The notes beneath the pieces are model-generated. The model was not told the DNA's origin and did not search any database. It saw nothing but the letters and a program-made list of their open reading frames with translations. Shown in pieces: positions 29,546 through 42,202 of a stretch of 64,000 nt of DNA (position 1 is the stretch's first letter; each line of letters starts with the position of its first letter). Source of the DNA: Azolla caroliniana (lineage: Eukaryota > Plantae > Polypodiophyta). Made by a program: the position numbers and the translations under genes. The DNA lies in contig JBHGNT010000005.1 in assembly GCA_043228905.1 (NCBI GenBank), positions 22,816,001 to 22,880,000 on the forward strand. Direction: 5' to 3'.

Positions 29546-30899
29546 CTACTAGCGCCCACTTGACCCACCAAAACAAACAGAATCAAACACTACTTACTGC
29601 TCATATAGATTATCACCATCATTATTAGTTCACCATTTTGTGTATCTTATAGACACACACATCCTCTCTGTATGTATCAATTCATGTCCGTAACCACGTA
29701 TCATCCCGTCGGCTATTATTATGTGAGAGCCACATTAGTGATGTTACAGACTACTCTCGGCTCCGCTGATTCGAACTGATTTGTTGCGAAGGAGAGGTGG
29801 CCCCGGGAATGCTCAATAAACATTCGTTTGTTTTTGTCGTTGGCTCAGATTCCCTCGATCCCGATTTATTGTATCTGCACGTGAAACATGATGGGTATGG
29901 GCTATGAGTCAGTAATCACGTTGAACATCGTTAGAGAACTCATATAGTGGACTGTGTCTCGGTGTGAAGGCCGACTGAACAAACAATAAATATATACCAC
30001 ACCACAACATGGTAGTTCAAAATTTATTGCTCTTGATTATCATCTCGTCCTTTAGAGCGAGTGCCGTCGGATTTGTTCTATCTATCCCCAATTTGAAAAA
30101 CAGTACATCAACTACATGTATATGGAGTCATGGATGCATAAGTGCTTCATCGAAAAATTTCTTGTAGTTTAGTACTATGGCATGTCACAATGCCAATATC
30201 ATATCTCGTGTCCAATTCAAATTGTCATTTGATCCAAAATATATATATAATGTAGTGCAAAATCCCAAGAGGTTAGTTAAAATAGTTCTAATAGTGTGCC
30301 ATTTAAGAAAAAGTGTTCATACAGTCAGTTCAATTTTCCATTCAAACAAAAATAACCCCATAAAGTGGATGCTTTAGTGTTTGCTTGAAAAAGTTAACGT
30401 GGTCCATTGGGCTTAATTAATTATGTGATGTTTTGTGGTATAAACTTATGTCATCAATTGATTTGTGCCCCACATCATCGATTGATGTATTTCTCTGAAA
30501 TCAATGTAAGCATGGCATCAACATGTTATATAATTTGCCTGTCAAAAAATATTCGTGATAGATTAGTTCGCATGTAGTGACTAATTAGTTCATGTCATAT
30601 GAATGTGGATGTGTGTTTGAGCATGCACTATAAACATAGCCTTAACTCTCTGTCAACTCTGGTTGTTGGTTATATTTTGTGTGGAGCGCACAACCCCCTG
30701 TGGACATGAAACCCATCAAGAGGCAAAAGTGTCATTCTAGTATTGTTGGTAATACAATACTTAAATTTCAATAGATGTATCTTTCTTGTCATTAAATTTG
30801 AATATAAAGGCATGTGGTTGTAGAGTAAACATGGAAACTATGAATGTTTTGAATAGAAATTATGGCCTATTGATATAGTTTATGCTTTATAACCTCTAT

Positions 30900-31700
30900 G
30901 TTTATGCCCTATTACATCAATCACGAATGGACATTTTCACATGAATGGTTCATGATCAATCGGAAGTTTTCCCAATACAAACACTTGATCCATCTACCAA
31001 GGGCCACTAGGTGTATAGAGAGTCGAGACCGTGGAATATTTGTGTTACACAATTTGTTTCAAAAATGGCCAAGGGTAAATTCCGTAGTTGAATGAACTCC
31101 TCCAATTTGGTGGGAAATTTTCATTTGCTTTGTATGTGGTTGCATTATGGATGTGGAATGTAACAACTCTTTGCTTAGAGATATTAGTTTCAAACTTCAT
31201 GCACAAGCCAAAGTTAGGTTGCAAGATAAACATCTAACTTTTATGCACCTCTAGTTGAGCAAGTAATTAGCACAAAGAGTTACAGTAAATATTTTGGCCG
31301 TACATGGTGGAATAGTCCAAAAAGGTAACAGAGACGTCCGTCTCTTTAGTGCACACCCTTTGTATATGTGTATGTATTGGGGGTGAAGAATGAACAATAA
31401 ATTATATGTGTTCAATGTATATGATAATTTAAAGTATTTGTACATGCATGATGTGGGCCATATACTTATGACATGAAAGAGATATATCGATTTGGTGTCT
31501 TCTATGACGTTGGATGTAATGCATAGGTGAATCACATGTCCTAGATTCGCAATGCATACATTTCCAGAACCAATGAAAGTCTTTGACTTTGGGGGTGTAT
31601 GAAGCCATGTTATCATTTCTTGTGTGTTGGACAAGTTACGAAATTTAAGAGCATGGAATAAAGAATATGTTTGTTGTCTGAATGAAGTAAATTATATGTG
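30900..31700 (-). mobile_element. Decayed coding-like remnant, possibly the same class as 4700-5690
   Basis: Broken minus-strand ORFs (31045-31233, 31251-31634) in a gene-free interval; no termini found. Confidence 0.2.
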
Positions 31701-32504
31701 AATCAATATATTGATTACATATTTGAAAATGGAGATATCGATAAGTGATTTGGTGTGAATTATTACAATGTCTGATTTAATTTTGAATGTCAACGAATAA
31801 TTTCATGAAGAAGAAGAATAAAAACCAAGAGGACATTCATGAGCAACAATTGATGACGAATGGTAGAATAGGTGATTGTTCTTGCATTTAAAAGTCTAAG
31901 GATGAAGCCAACCTTTTGATGCCACATTTGAATGGACAATAACAAGCTTGAAATTGGGTGTGTTACATCGCCTCTTTCATGTAACCGTCTTGTGCTATAA
32001 AATGGCCATTAGCATGGAAGTATTTGTCCATCTCTAGAAAGAAACTTTAGACAACATTACAAATGTTCAAGTTGATGTCATATCCACCAACATAAATGAA
32101 TGCATGCTATAAAAAACATGTTATTACATGTTTATGGAACTAGTTTGACGATGCACACATGCAAAGTAATGTTTCTTGGCAACTAGACATTTCCATCTGT
32201 GGGTCATGTCAAGGACCATGTTAATTAATGGAGTTTCTAATCATGATAACCATCTAGGTGAAACCCGATAGTTATAAAGGGTGATGTGGTTTGAAGCACA
32301 TTGTATGATTTATAGTTAAGGATACTATGCTATTATGACATGCTTGACTTGAGGTTCTAATTGGCATAATTAAATTGAAGTTATTAGACTTCCTATTTGG
32401 TGAAAGCCCAAATTCTAATTAGAAATGTAATCATCAAATTAAGCTTTTGATTCTTGATTGACACGTTTGCTTTCCACGTAAATTAAGTTTTTTTATTTGA
32501 GTAA

Positions 32505-32666
32505 CTATGATATACCCGCTTTCAAATTACAAAGAAAATATGTACTTAAAATTTTAACACTTTTTTTTTCCATAAAAATTATGCCCGCTATGATATACCC
32601 GCTTTCAAATTACAAAGAAAATATGTACTTAAAATTTTAACACTTTTTTTTTCCATAAAAATTATG
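32505..32666. repeat. Near-perfect ~83 bp tandem duplication
   Basis: ctatgatatacccgctttcaaattacaaagaaaatatgtacttaaaattttaacac(t)nccataaaaattatgc occurs twice and differs only in poly-T length. Confidence 0.95.
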
Positions 32667-35600
32667 CTCCATTGGTATTAAAATTAAAAAGGCAAGAGGC
32701 ACTATACAAATAGAATATAATATTTTCCATCTCTACAAGTATATATCATCAAAGAAAGGATCAAATATAAGTGATGACATTTGGCAAGATAAGGATAATT
32801 ATAATCTATGAAAACAAATCTCTTGGCAATAACACCTTTGCTATATACCACATATAAGCAGATCTCCCCATAACCATACTCAACATATAAACAAATTCCC
32901 GCAGTCCAAGAGAATACATTTCTTGTTGGTAGTCATGCTCAACACACTCTGGTTGTCCACCATGTTTGTTGGTAGTCCTGCTCAACATATATACCTTGTT
33001 TGTCCACAAGATATTGCTTTTGGCAAATTTTTGTACATCAAGGCCTTCTTCATCTGTTGCAGTTGAAGACACCAAAACAGTCCATGATGCACATGCCGCT
33101 TGAGGTAAAACATGATTGGCCGCCTTGGACAGCCCCCATCTATCCTCTCCTATGTTGAACCAAACTTATTCCTAATCGTGGGTTAACACATAATTAATCT
33201 TAATATTCATGTGATTGAAAGCCTTCTCTTCGGTTGAAGAACATATAGGTAATTTAGTAAGCTAACTTTTTGTGCTTTTTTGAGGCATATAAGTATCTTT
33301 GGGTAGCTTTCCTATACACATATATAAGTACACAAGTGCAAATCCATACAAACACATATTAGAAACCAACAAACATACTCTCATTTTTTGTGAAACTCTT
33401 GCTATTATCCATTGTATTTTTGTAACCCTCCCTCCTTCATCTATGTATGTATAGGAATCCCATCAAGCTATTTCTCTTTCTGTCAATTGTAGAGAGAAGG
33501 AGAGAATATTGACAAGTTTTCTCCGTGTCTTTGTAGAGAGAGAGAGAGAGAATCTCAACATATAATCTCTCGCCCTCTCTTGAAATTCTAGATGTGTACT
33601 TTGACAAAGTTAAGAATGCTTGGGAATTTTATTGGTGGTTTACACCGTAGACGGTAGTATCAAAGTCATAAAATTGAGAGAACCCAAGTTTGATCCCTTG
33701 TCATGGGCTTGGCCCCATCATAAAGATCGCAATCAGTCTCTTGTGGACATTAAAAGGAAATTCATTCATCTCTCATAGATCACAATCAGTCATATTAAAA
33801 AAAAAATATCTCTCTTGTAAAAGTAGTGCGTGAACTAACTAATATGACCCTACCAAAAATTATTGTGGCCCCTAGTACAACATTGAGGATCTTATGGCAA
33901 GGTGAACCCTCTAACATAGTGTAAGATTAAAGAATAAAAAGGTAAATCCCTCCAAGACAAAGTGCACATAGAGTTTAGTTGCTAAAAGAAACATAGAGTT
34001 TAATCTTGCATTCACAACCATTTGACAAAGTTTCCCACAAATCAAGCATGCATGCTTCAACGTCCAACTTCTCAAAGTTAGACACGCCAACCCATACCCC
34101 CTTAATGGGTAGGAGTGAGTTAAATTCTTGATGTATACTTCCCCTCCCATGCATTTCTCATGATATCTCATTGGTTCGTGCCTAAAGGACAATTCTTGAG
34201 GTAGAGGTGAAATGGAAGAGAGACGATATCTCCATGCTTGTTATATTACTACCAACCATGTTTAATGCAAAAGGTGACTCAAGTGCTTAAGGTCTAAGAT
34301 CGTCTTTAATATAAGGACTAAGGATTAATGGATAGTAGTGCCTTGAGCACCTCATGTATGTTACGCTTCACTCCCAATGCATTTCCCATTGATATCACAT
34401 TGCATTGGTACCAAATGAACAAGTCTAGAGGCAAAGAAAAGGGGGCAAAGAGACAAAGACTTATTAGCTATTATAGTGTAAAAGAGCTTACTTTAATGCT
34501 CTTTTGAACTTTAGCTTTACTTTGTGGTTTTTTAGCTTTCTTATCCTCAGTTAAAATGTCAAACCCTAAGTTTCTATCCGAAGGACGTGAGCTCCACATT
34601 GTATTGAGTATGATTGTCTTGAATAGCAAATAAGAGTAGGTTGCTATATAGACTTTGTGTCATCATTAACAAATTAAGTAATTAATTAGTTTTGAAAACT
34701 TACTTAAATCTTTTACTTGTTCATGTTTAATTATCTATGCATGGGGTCAAAGGAAGTGCAAGAGGGTGGTTTGTCGAGTGATGTTAGCTCACTGTGTTGA
34801 TATGCTCGAGAGTGGTTCACACAATGTTTCGTTTGTCTCACTAGCAGTAGGGTGTTACCCCACTTGACCCCGATAAGAATGAATTGACAAGTTAAAATCC
34901 CATTGTATGTGAAGCAAATTATATAAACAATAAACGTAACTGCACCTCGTGACTAAGGTAGGAATCAATTAATGTCTCAATACTATTAGTGGAAGAAGCC
35001 ATTTACACATTTTGAATTTATGGTTAAGTGTGATGTTTTTGTTTAGTTTACTATTGCCCTTAACACTCTTATTTTATCTGTTAATATGTTAGTATATTTC
35101 CTTTAAGTGCTTACTTTTCTATTTTATTAGTGTTAGTGTTTTCATTAACTTTTGGGGGATCTAGAGAGATGCAATTAGACAATGGGGACAATGAGATGCA
35201 ATTGGACACATTTTGTCATTTTCACCTTATATTGGGGCCAACATCAAGGGTTTAACATTCTCCCTGTAATATTCCAAATTTGACATTTTAGCATCTTGCC
35301 ACTGCATCCTTCATGCCTTTAGTAATTTATTCTCAATGGTCACATACTTCATAACATCAATCCGAGAGCTCCAATGGATCTTTTACCTTCATCTCTTAAA
35401 CCATTTCAAAATTTCAAGCTCCAATAGAAGAGACGACCATAGACATTTCCACAAAAATAGTTGTGAGTTCAAATGTACACATGAACCACCATAGATGTCC
35501 TTATGCCATTACGACCCACCTGATTGGTTGGGTTTAGGTTTTAATGTGTCGTCAATATTGTTGAGCTTAGGATCTGGACCAACGTATAACCTAATGGTAG

Positions 35601-36186
35601 CGAATCAAGCAAGGGGTGGTTGTTGACCACCCTTGAGCTAATAGCTTTATTTAACCTTAGTATTTAGTACTTACACTTACACACTTACACACAGACACAC
35701 ACTCTCTCTCTCACTTTATTCTCTCTTGCAATAGAAATAGACATATAGACAAAAGAAATGAATACACCGCTTCTTATTATCAAAGAGGTTTAGCACCATA
35801 CAAAGAGTAGAGAGATTAGGGTTTCACATAACTAGCTCTCTTAATCCTAATCACTCTTATCTCTAATAGAAGATTAGGGAGATAGAGTGAAAGGAAAGGA
35901 GAAAACCTACAAAAGACACCAAGGGTGTTAAGTTTTGATAGCTTTTTACAAGCTTGTTGAGTTGCATTCACACTAGTTTGCCCATTGGCTACAATGCTTC
36001 CTATTTAGGTTCACTCCATCCCCTGTTTCCTTAATGGTTCCTTGAGCTCGGGGTCTCTTTTGTTGGTGCCTTGGTCTCCACAAGTGGCGTCTCGGGGCGC
36101 TAGATACTTAACACGAAAACCCAATGGAAATGTGTGTGCTATCAGGGGCACACTAGTTAAAAAGTGGATTGATGCATGGATATATA

Positions 36187-37129
36187 CATAGATTGAGATA
36201 TTCGCATTCATGGCGCCTCCCCCACGAATACCAACGAATACGTATAAGAATATTTCTTCCAATATTCGTTAACTTTTTTTTTTCCCTTTTTTTTTTGAAA
36301 AAATGCATTCGATGAGTAGCGAATAGAGAAGAGCTCTGTAGGGAATAGCAATCAACAATCAATAGGGAACAACATCAAACATCGGTTCCTCGAAATTTAG
36401 GGTTCGACTGCGTCCTTTCCTCCTCCTTCGTAAGACATACACTTGGGCAAAACGGTACAAAGCAATAAGAGATATCAATCAAACTAGGGTAAAACAAATA
36501 TGATCCAAGATAGAGATCACTCAAATTAGGTTAATCAGAAGGAATCCATAAAAGATACCACTAAGCTTGGGTAGCAAAAGAAAGAAAGGAAAAACAAAAA
36601 GAAACAGAAAGAAACCCATCAAATGTAAAGAGTCAATGAGGTTCAAAGTAGAAGAGAAAGAAGAATCTCATCAAAGGTATCATTTCACATAAATATAGGT
36701 TAAGACAGGAGGAGAGAAACAAGGGGGGGGGGGGGGTAAGTTATAAAATTTTTCCATGATTTGTTTACCTTGAGATCACAGGAGGGGATGTCTTGGCAGG
36801 GGTGGGCAACAACAACAATCCACAGGTTGTTGTCAAGGATACCATGGGCAAAAGGCCAAAAGCAAAAGAAGCAACAATGGCTATAAGCTTGAGGCACTCA
36901 ATGGGTTCCACTAGTGGTTTTGATTTTTGAAGACCTTCCATTTTTCGATTAATTGGTGATTTTTCCTTTTTTTTTTTTAAATAAGTGAATTGAATAATTT
37001 TTATTATGTAAATTTATTTTCCATAAACGAATGGTTTTATAATATTCTTGGAGCAATTTTATATTCTCGAATACTACGAATATTGCGGATGTCGAATACC
37101 ACGCATATCACGCATGGGGTCAATCTATG
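36187..37129. mobile_element. Non-autonomous hAT-superfamily DNA transposon (943 bp) upstream of ERV1
   Basis: Perfect 10-bp TIR CATAGATTGA...TCAATCTATG, perfect 8-bp TSD GATATATA (36179-36186 and 37130-37137), and clustered CGAATA/TATTCG subterminal motifs at both ends. Confidence 0.85.
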
Positions 37130-37445
37130 GATATATATATATATAGGAAATTTGTGTGCTAGCAGATGGGCGTGCAAGGAGTTGGAGTGGCTAGCAAGGG
37201 CACACTTTTCCTATATAGGAAAAGCATGTCGGGTGCGAAGACGTGCGTGACAACGTTTCGAAGGTAAAAAGCCTAGGGGGTGGACCATCTACATGTCCTG
37301 CCTGCCCTGTCCGGGCGGGTTGTCCGCCCGCAGCCCGCCCAAGAATCTCCCAAATGTCCACCCTCCCCCCTCACTTGTGTTAGTTGTAAATTGTGTTTTG
37401 TGTTTATATTGGGAAGCTGCAAATCTTGTCTGATTGATTTCTGAG

Positions 37446-37511
37446 GCCATAACCATAGCCATAGCTATAGCCATAGCCATCGCCATCGCCATCGCCATCG
37501 CCATCGCCATC
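37446..37511 (+). repeat. Hexamer microsatellite (GCCATA/GCCATC)x11 directly before the ERV1 ATG
   Basis: Read directly; it ends 8 nt before the ATG at 37520. Confidence 0.95.
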
Positions 37512-37519
37512 CTCATATC

Positions 37520-40199
37520 ATGGCTTCCCCCCCAAAGCTCCAAGACGCGGTTCTGGAATGGAAAGGAAGCATCTTCTCTGCGATCCTCTCCTGGCCCGCG
37601 CCGTTCCATTGCGACGGACCTCCTCTCTCCAATTTCCTCCATAGCCTCAAACACTGCATCAAGATTCGTCCTCAAGCTGTCGAGGAGGAGGAGGAGGAGG
37701 AGGAGGAGGTGGACTACGAAGAAGAAGTTGGCCATATCCGATCATTTCCTCTTCTTCCTCTTCATGGAACTTTCTTCGGACTTCGTAAGAATAACAGAAA
37801 GAGTTTCTTTCGCAGGCCCAATCGGTGGTTTGTTGAAACCCTAAAAGGTTCAGATTTTAGTTCAGATGATGGATCGTTGCTTGAACCTGAATACATCAGT
37901 AGATATGGATGTGAAAAAGACGTGGAATCTCTACAAAGAGGTATTATGAGTAGATACGGAGGTAAAGGAGTCATGGAAGCTGTACAAAATGGTATTATTA
38001 GTAGACTTGGAGTTATGGAAGACATTGAATCTCTACAAAAAAATACTATCAGTGAAAGAAATAGAGGCTTACAAGCTGTGCAAAGAGATATTATCAATAG
38101 GTATGGAGGTAAAGAAGACATTGAATATTTGCAAAAGCTCGGTGATCTACATCGTGTCAAGGATCGTGTCGATATTCGGGACTCAAATGATCTATCCATG
38201 GTAAAATGTTTCCTTTTGTGTTCTTCATCCATGTTTTCCGTAATTTCATGCATACTTTTTCTTATAGAATTCTGAAGTGAGAGTTAAGTTTTTTCTGTTT
38301 CTTTTTCATTTTACAACCATATATTTTATATAGATAAGTAGTAATGGACGTAAAGGCAATATAGATACTCTACAAAAGCTTGATAATCTCCATAGCAACA
38401 AAAATCATACTGATCTTCAAGCCTCCATAGCCAATCAATCGGTGGTAAGATTATCTTTTTCTCTTTATGTTTATCTTTATTTAGAGTTCTGAAAGAGAAT
38501 TTGTTGATGGTTTAAGAATTTATTTTCGTTTTTCTATGTCCATGTGTTCTTTTATAGAGTTCTGAATGAGACTTTGATCATGCATAAATATGTAGGGTTT
38601 GTCATCATCCGAACCCGTGTCAAAGGAACAGATAGGTCACGCTACTTGGATTTTCCTTCATACACTTGCAGCTCAGGTACTAGAGATTATTATCTTTATT
38701 GTCAATACTGATGCATAGGCAATCCACACACCAAACATATAGATATATTTGTTATGTTGTCAGCATAGCAATGACTTGCAATAGAACAAGTGCGGAGAAT
38801 ACTAGTTAATCTTAGTGGGAACATCATCCATTTTGAATCCAATGGCTTGTCCATTGACATCTTAGAGCCATGACACACCAGGATTTAATTACACTTTGTC
38901 AGAAAAAGTACAAGTGCTTTTAAGTTCCAATGTCACATACCTTAGATTTAGGGAAATGAGAGGATACAGAAATATGAAACTGTAATTTTTATCTAAAAAA
39001 AGGGCAAAATTTTCAAGTTCTTAAGGATGTAGTAGCTACAGAGAAAAAAATGCCACGAAATTCATTTAAAGAGATAAGCAATGTGGAAAATGTTTCAATA
39101 GAATTAGCAAATTTAAGATAAAGCTATGTAATATTACTGAGAGATGGCTCTTAACATGCATTTGTCTGGGTTGGATGTGCCAACGGTTAGGTAATACTTA
39201 TTACTAAGCTGGCATATTGTTTTGCTGTTATATAACTGAGGATGAAAACTATATTTGAGGTATGTCACCCCTGGTGACTTTAGGACAGTGGCTTTTTTTA
39301 AGGGCGATAATTCTGCTAGATCTATTGATGTTTAATGAATTTGATGCCTTCACAAATTGGATGTGCGTTGAATACATAGTCAGGCACTCTGGCCCAGAGA
39401 CATCCATATTTCGTCAGCCGTCGTATCACACATACTCTTTCTTCATACGAAATTTCACTGTATTCTGTATGACTGCTGACAATAGTTGGTAGGTTATAGG
39501 AGATTATCTCCTTTGCTTTCTTTTGCTGGGTGCCCTCATAAAGTCATTATATGCAATATTTTTGGGGTTTTCTTGTTAACTTAAGTTATTTTACATGCCA
39601 TTAAGCAATACTAGTCACAAAAATGTAAAAGAGTGCGGAGTTCTTATTCTGTTTACTTCCAGTTTCCAGATAAGCCAACAAGGCAGCAACGAAGGGATGC
39701 AAAAGAGTTGGTAAGCTTATTAAATGCATTATTATTATTGTTTTCTGTTTGTTAAAATACTAAGAAATGTTCATATATTCAGACATGAATCTGTAGATGG
39801 CAATAATTTCACGGCTTTATCCATGCAAAGAATGTGCAGATCATTTCAAGGAAATCCTGAAGTGAGTGCTATGTCTACATAGTTTTGTGGTACACATATT
39901 ATTGGCAAATTTCTAACATTCCATGCTTATTATATAGAGCCAATCCTGTAGAAGCCGGTTCTGGCGTGGAGCTTGCACAATGGATGTGCAAGGTGCACAA
40001 CATAGTCAATAGAAGGTTTGTTAATCCTCTTATGTGTAAGGGCTCAGATATACTTTCCTATGGCATTCGTGTAATGTTACTGTTTTGACTCGCTTTCAGC
40101 TTGCAAAAACCAACTTTTCCATGCCATCGTGTTGATGCAAGATGGGGCGCATTGCATTGCAATAATGATGCATGTAACTTGCAAGGAAGGATGCGATAA
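37520..40199 (+). CDS. ERV1: FAD-linked sulfhydryl oxidase ERV1 (Erv1/ALR family) with long N-terminal extension, ~387 aa, 7 exons
   Basis: Exons 37520-38200, 38334-38444, 38596-38676, 39663-39710, 39797-39861, 39938-40015, 40100-40199 total 1164 nt. Core: KEQIGHATWIFLHTLAAQFPDKPT, LYPCKECADHF (CxxC), WMCKVHNIVNRSLQKPTFPC, and a plant-type C-terminal CX4C (CNNDAC). Joining of exons 1-2 is inferred from frame and splice sites. Confidence 0.9.
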
Positions 40200-42202
40200 A
40201 AACGAGGTAGTGATTATGAATTCAGCAATGAAGACATTGCAGTTGCCAATTGAAAGACAACTTCGGACATCAGTGATGATTGTCATAAGTCATGTAAATG
40301 GAGAAAAGAATGAACCACACCTGATAGAAACATATTTCTATTGCATGCAAAATTGCTAAATCCATCTATTCCATTGCATTTTCATGTTTGGTTGCAAATT
40401 AAAGCACATTAAGGATATGCATCATCCTTGACGGCCTCATTGCTTTCTCATGCCACCAAATTCCAAAATCATTATTTCATTAATAGTCTTGATTAATTTA
40501 GATAAGTGGAGTTTGAGAAAAAGTAATTGGAATTGATTGTGCCTTGATCTCAGCGAAATAAGAAATCTATTGAATAAGACTATCATAGTTCATTAGAGAG
40601 ACAAAAGCTTAAGATAAATGACATTGTGTGGGGTTTTTGATGTGGTCATTCATTGTAGATTTAGCATAAAATTAATCATTTTGTTTACTAAGTTTTGATT
40701 CCTTATGGTATTCTACTTTGGTGGTGAGAGTAATTGACCATGCACACTTTGCCCCAAACAAATTCGGTAGTCTCAGGATCGCACTTTGATACAACGCTCT
40801 ACCTTCCATCACATTTGATTATGCATTCCATAGATCTTTGAGCAAACCCAATATCTTTGGCAAACTTCTCCCACAGCCACACAGTGGACTCTTAATTGCA
40901 AGTTGTTGAGAGTTTCTACTCTTTTTCATGTGTTATGTGAAAATGTAATATTTTGTCTCATAGGTCATATTTGATCTCTTGAGAGGATAATAAAATATAT
41001 TATTTTTATTTGCCTATTTATCTATATCTACACATCCTCACCTATACTCACTTGATAAATACTCATGCAAAAAACACATAGGTTGTTAGTGATACTTAAG
41101 GGTCAAAATATGCATATGCTTAGAGATGTGTATGAATTTATGTTAGTCCATTGAGTTTGCATGCTTACTAGTGATTGCATGTTTTGTAATGTGATGGTAG
41201 AAAATACGGATGAATATTTATGCACTATAATAAAACATTAATGATAGTTGATATCAATGTAAACAAAGGTTTGATCAATGTAGACGATATTAGCATTTTC
41301 AAATGAGATATACAATTTGATGTACTTAATGTTGGAGACTATTGAATATGGTGTAGAAGCCTAGTCAACCCTTGGGCCACACAATCCGCAAGCAACATAC
41401 CAAATTTATGGAATCCAAGAATCATTGTATACCCTTATGCCTCCTTACACACCCTTCCAGTGCTTCCTTATGGAACAAAAAATTGGGTCATGTAAAAGTT
41501 CATAACAAGTCATTTTGCATTTTACTTCTAAATCTATGAGTGAAATCCTTTTGTCTCCAAATAGCATGGACAATTAATTGTTATGAAACTTTATGAAAGA
41601 GCAAAAACAACAACACTACATCTTTCAATAAGCCTTGAATGGAAAGAGATTTTCTTCTAACAAGTCTAATGAAATATTTCTCATTATATTATTTAAACTA
41701 ATGATCCACATTTTCCTTCTCAAGCTCTGTTATCATTTTCATGTTTTCTGACTAGGATGATATATTCTCCATGTTTGCTACAATCTATATGATCATTACA
41801 TTGATTGTAATAGCATCTGGGCACTGCTCTATATGCCACCAATATATTATAAAGCATCATTTTCTTGAGAAACTAACTTTCACGTTATGGAAAATGAACC
41901 TACCTTAATAGATAAATCATATGTCTAGAAAAAGTTACAATCAATACAAAAAAAATACAGCGATTCACATTCCATTTGTTTCAAAAAAATGGATAAGATA
42001 TTCATGCTTATCCATAAGCAAAATGAGTGCAATTGAAGTCACGCATGTATGCATATTCATTTGTATATAACTGTTTTAAATCTCATAGAGCTCACATGGT
42101 CTGAGAGTGGAGCCATTTTATTAGATAGATCTCACTTCACCCTAAATAGCACTCATGTAACTGTTCTTCTGTATTTTATTTGACTACCCATGATCTTGGT
42201 GT

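Noticed and set aside
35558-36112. Possible solo LTR (TGTTGA...TTAACA) with LTR-like composition
   Set aside because: Neither candidate start gives a matching TSD, so the boundaries are unsupported.
37442-37519. In-frame (His-Ser/His-Arg)n N-terminal extension of ERV1 encoded by the hexamer repeat
   Set aside because: An in-frame TGA at 37442-37444 precedes it and there is no start codon. It also shows that CAT-containing leader repeats occur by chance here, a caution for the HDH uORF.
37289-37844. ORFs with MAMAMA (minus) and AIAIAI (plus, TTG start) tracts
   Set aside because: Alternative-frame readings of microsatellites overlapping ERV1 exon 1, with no independent coding evidence.
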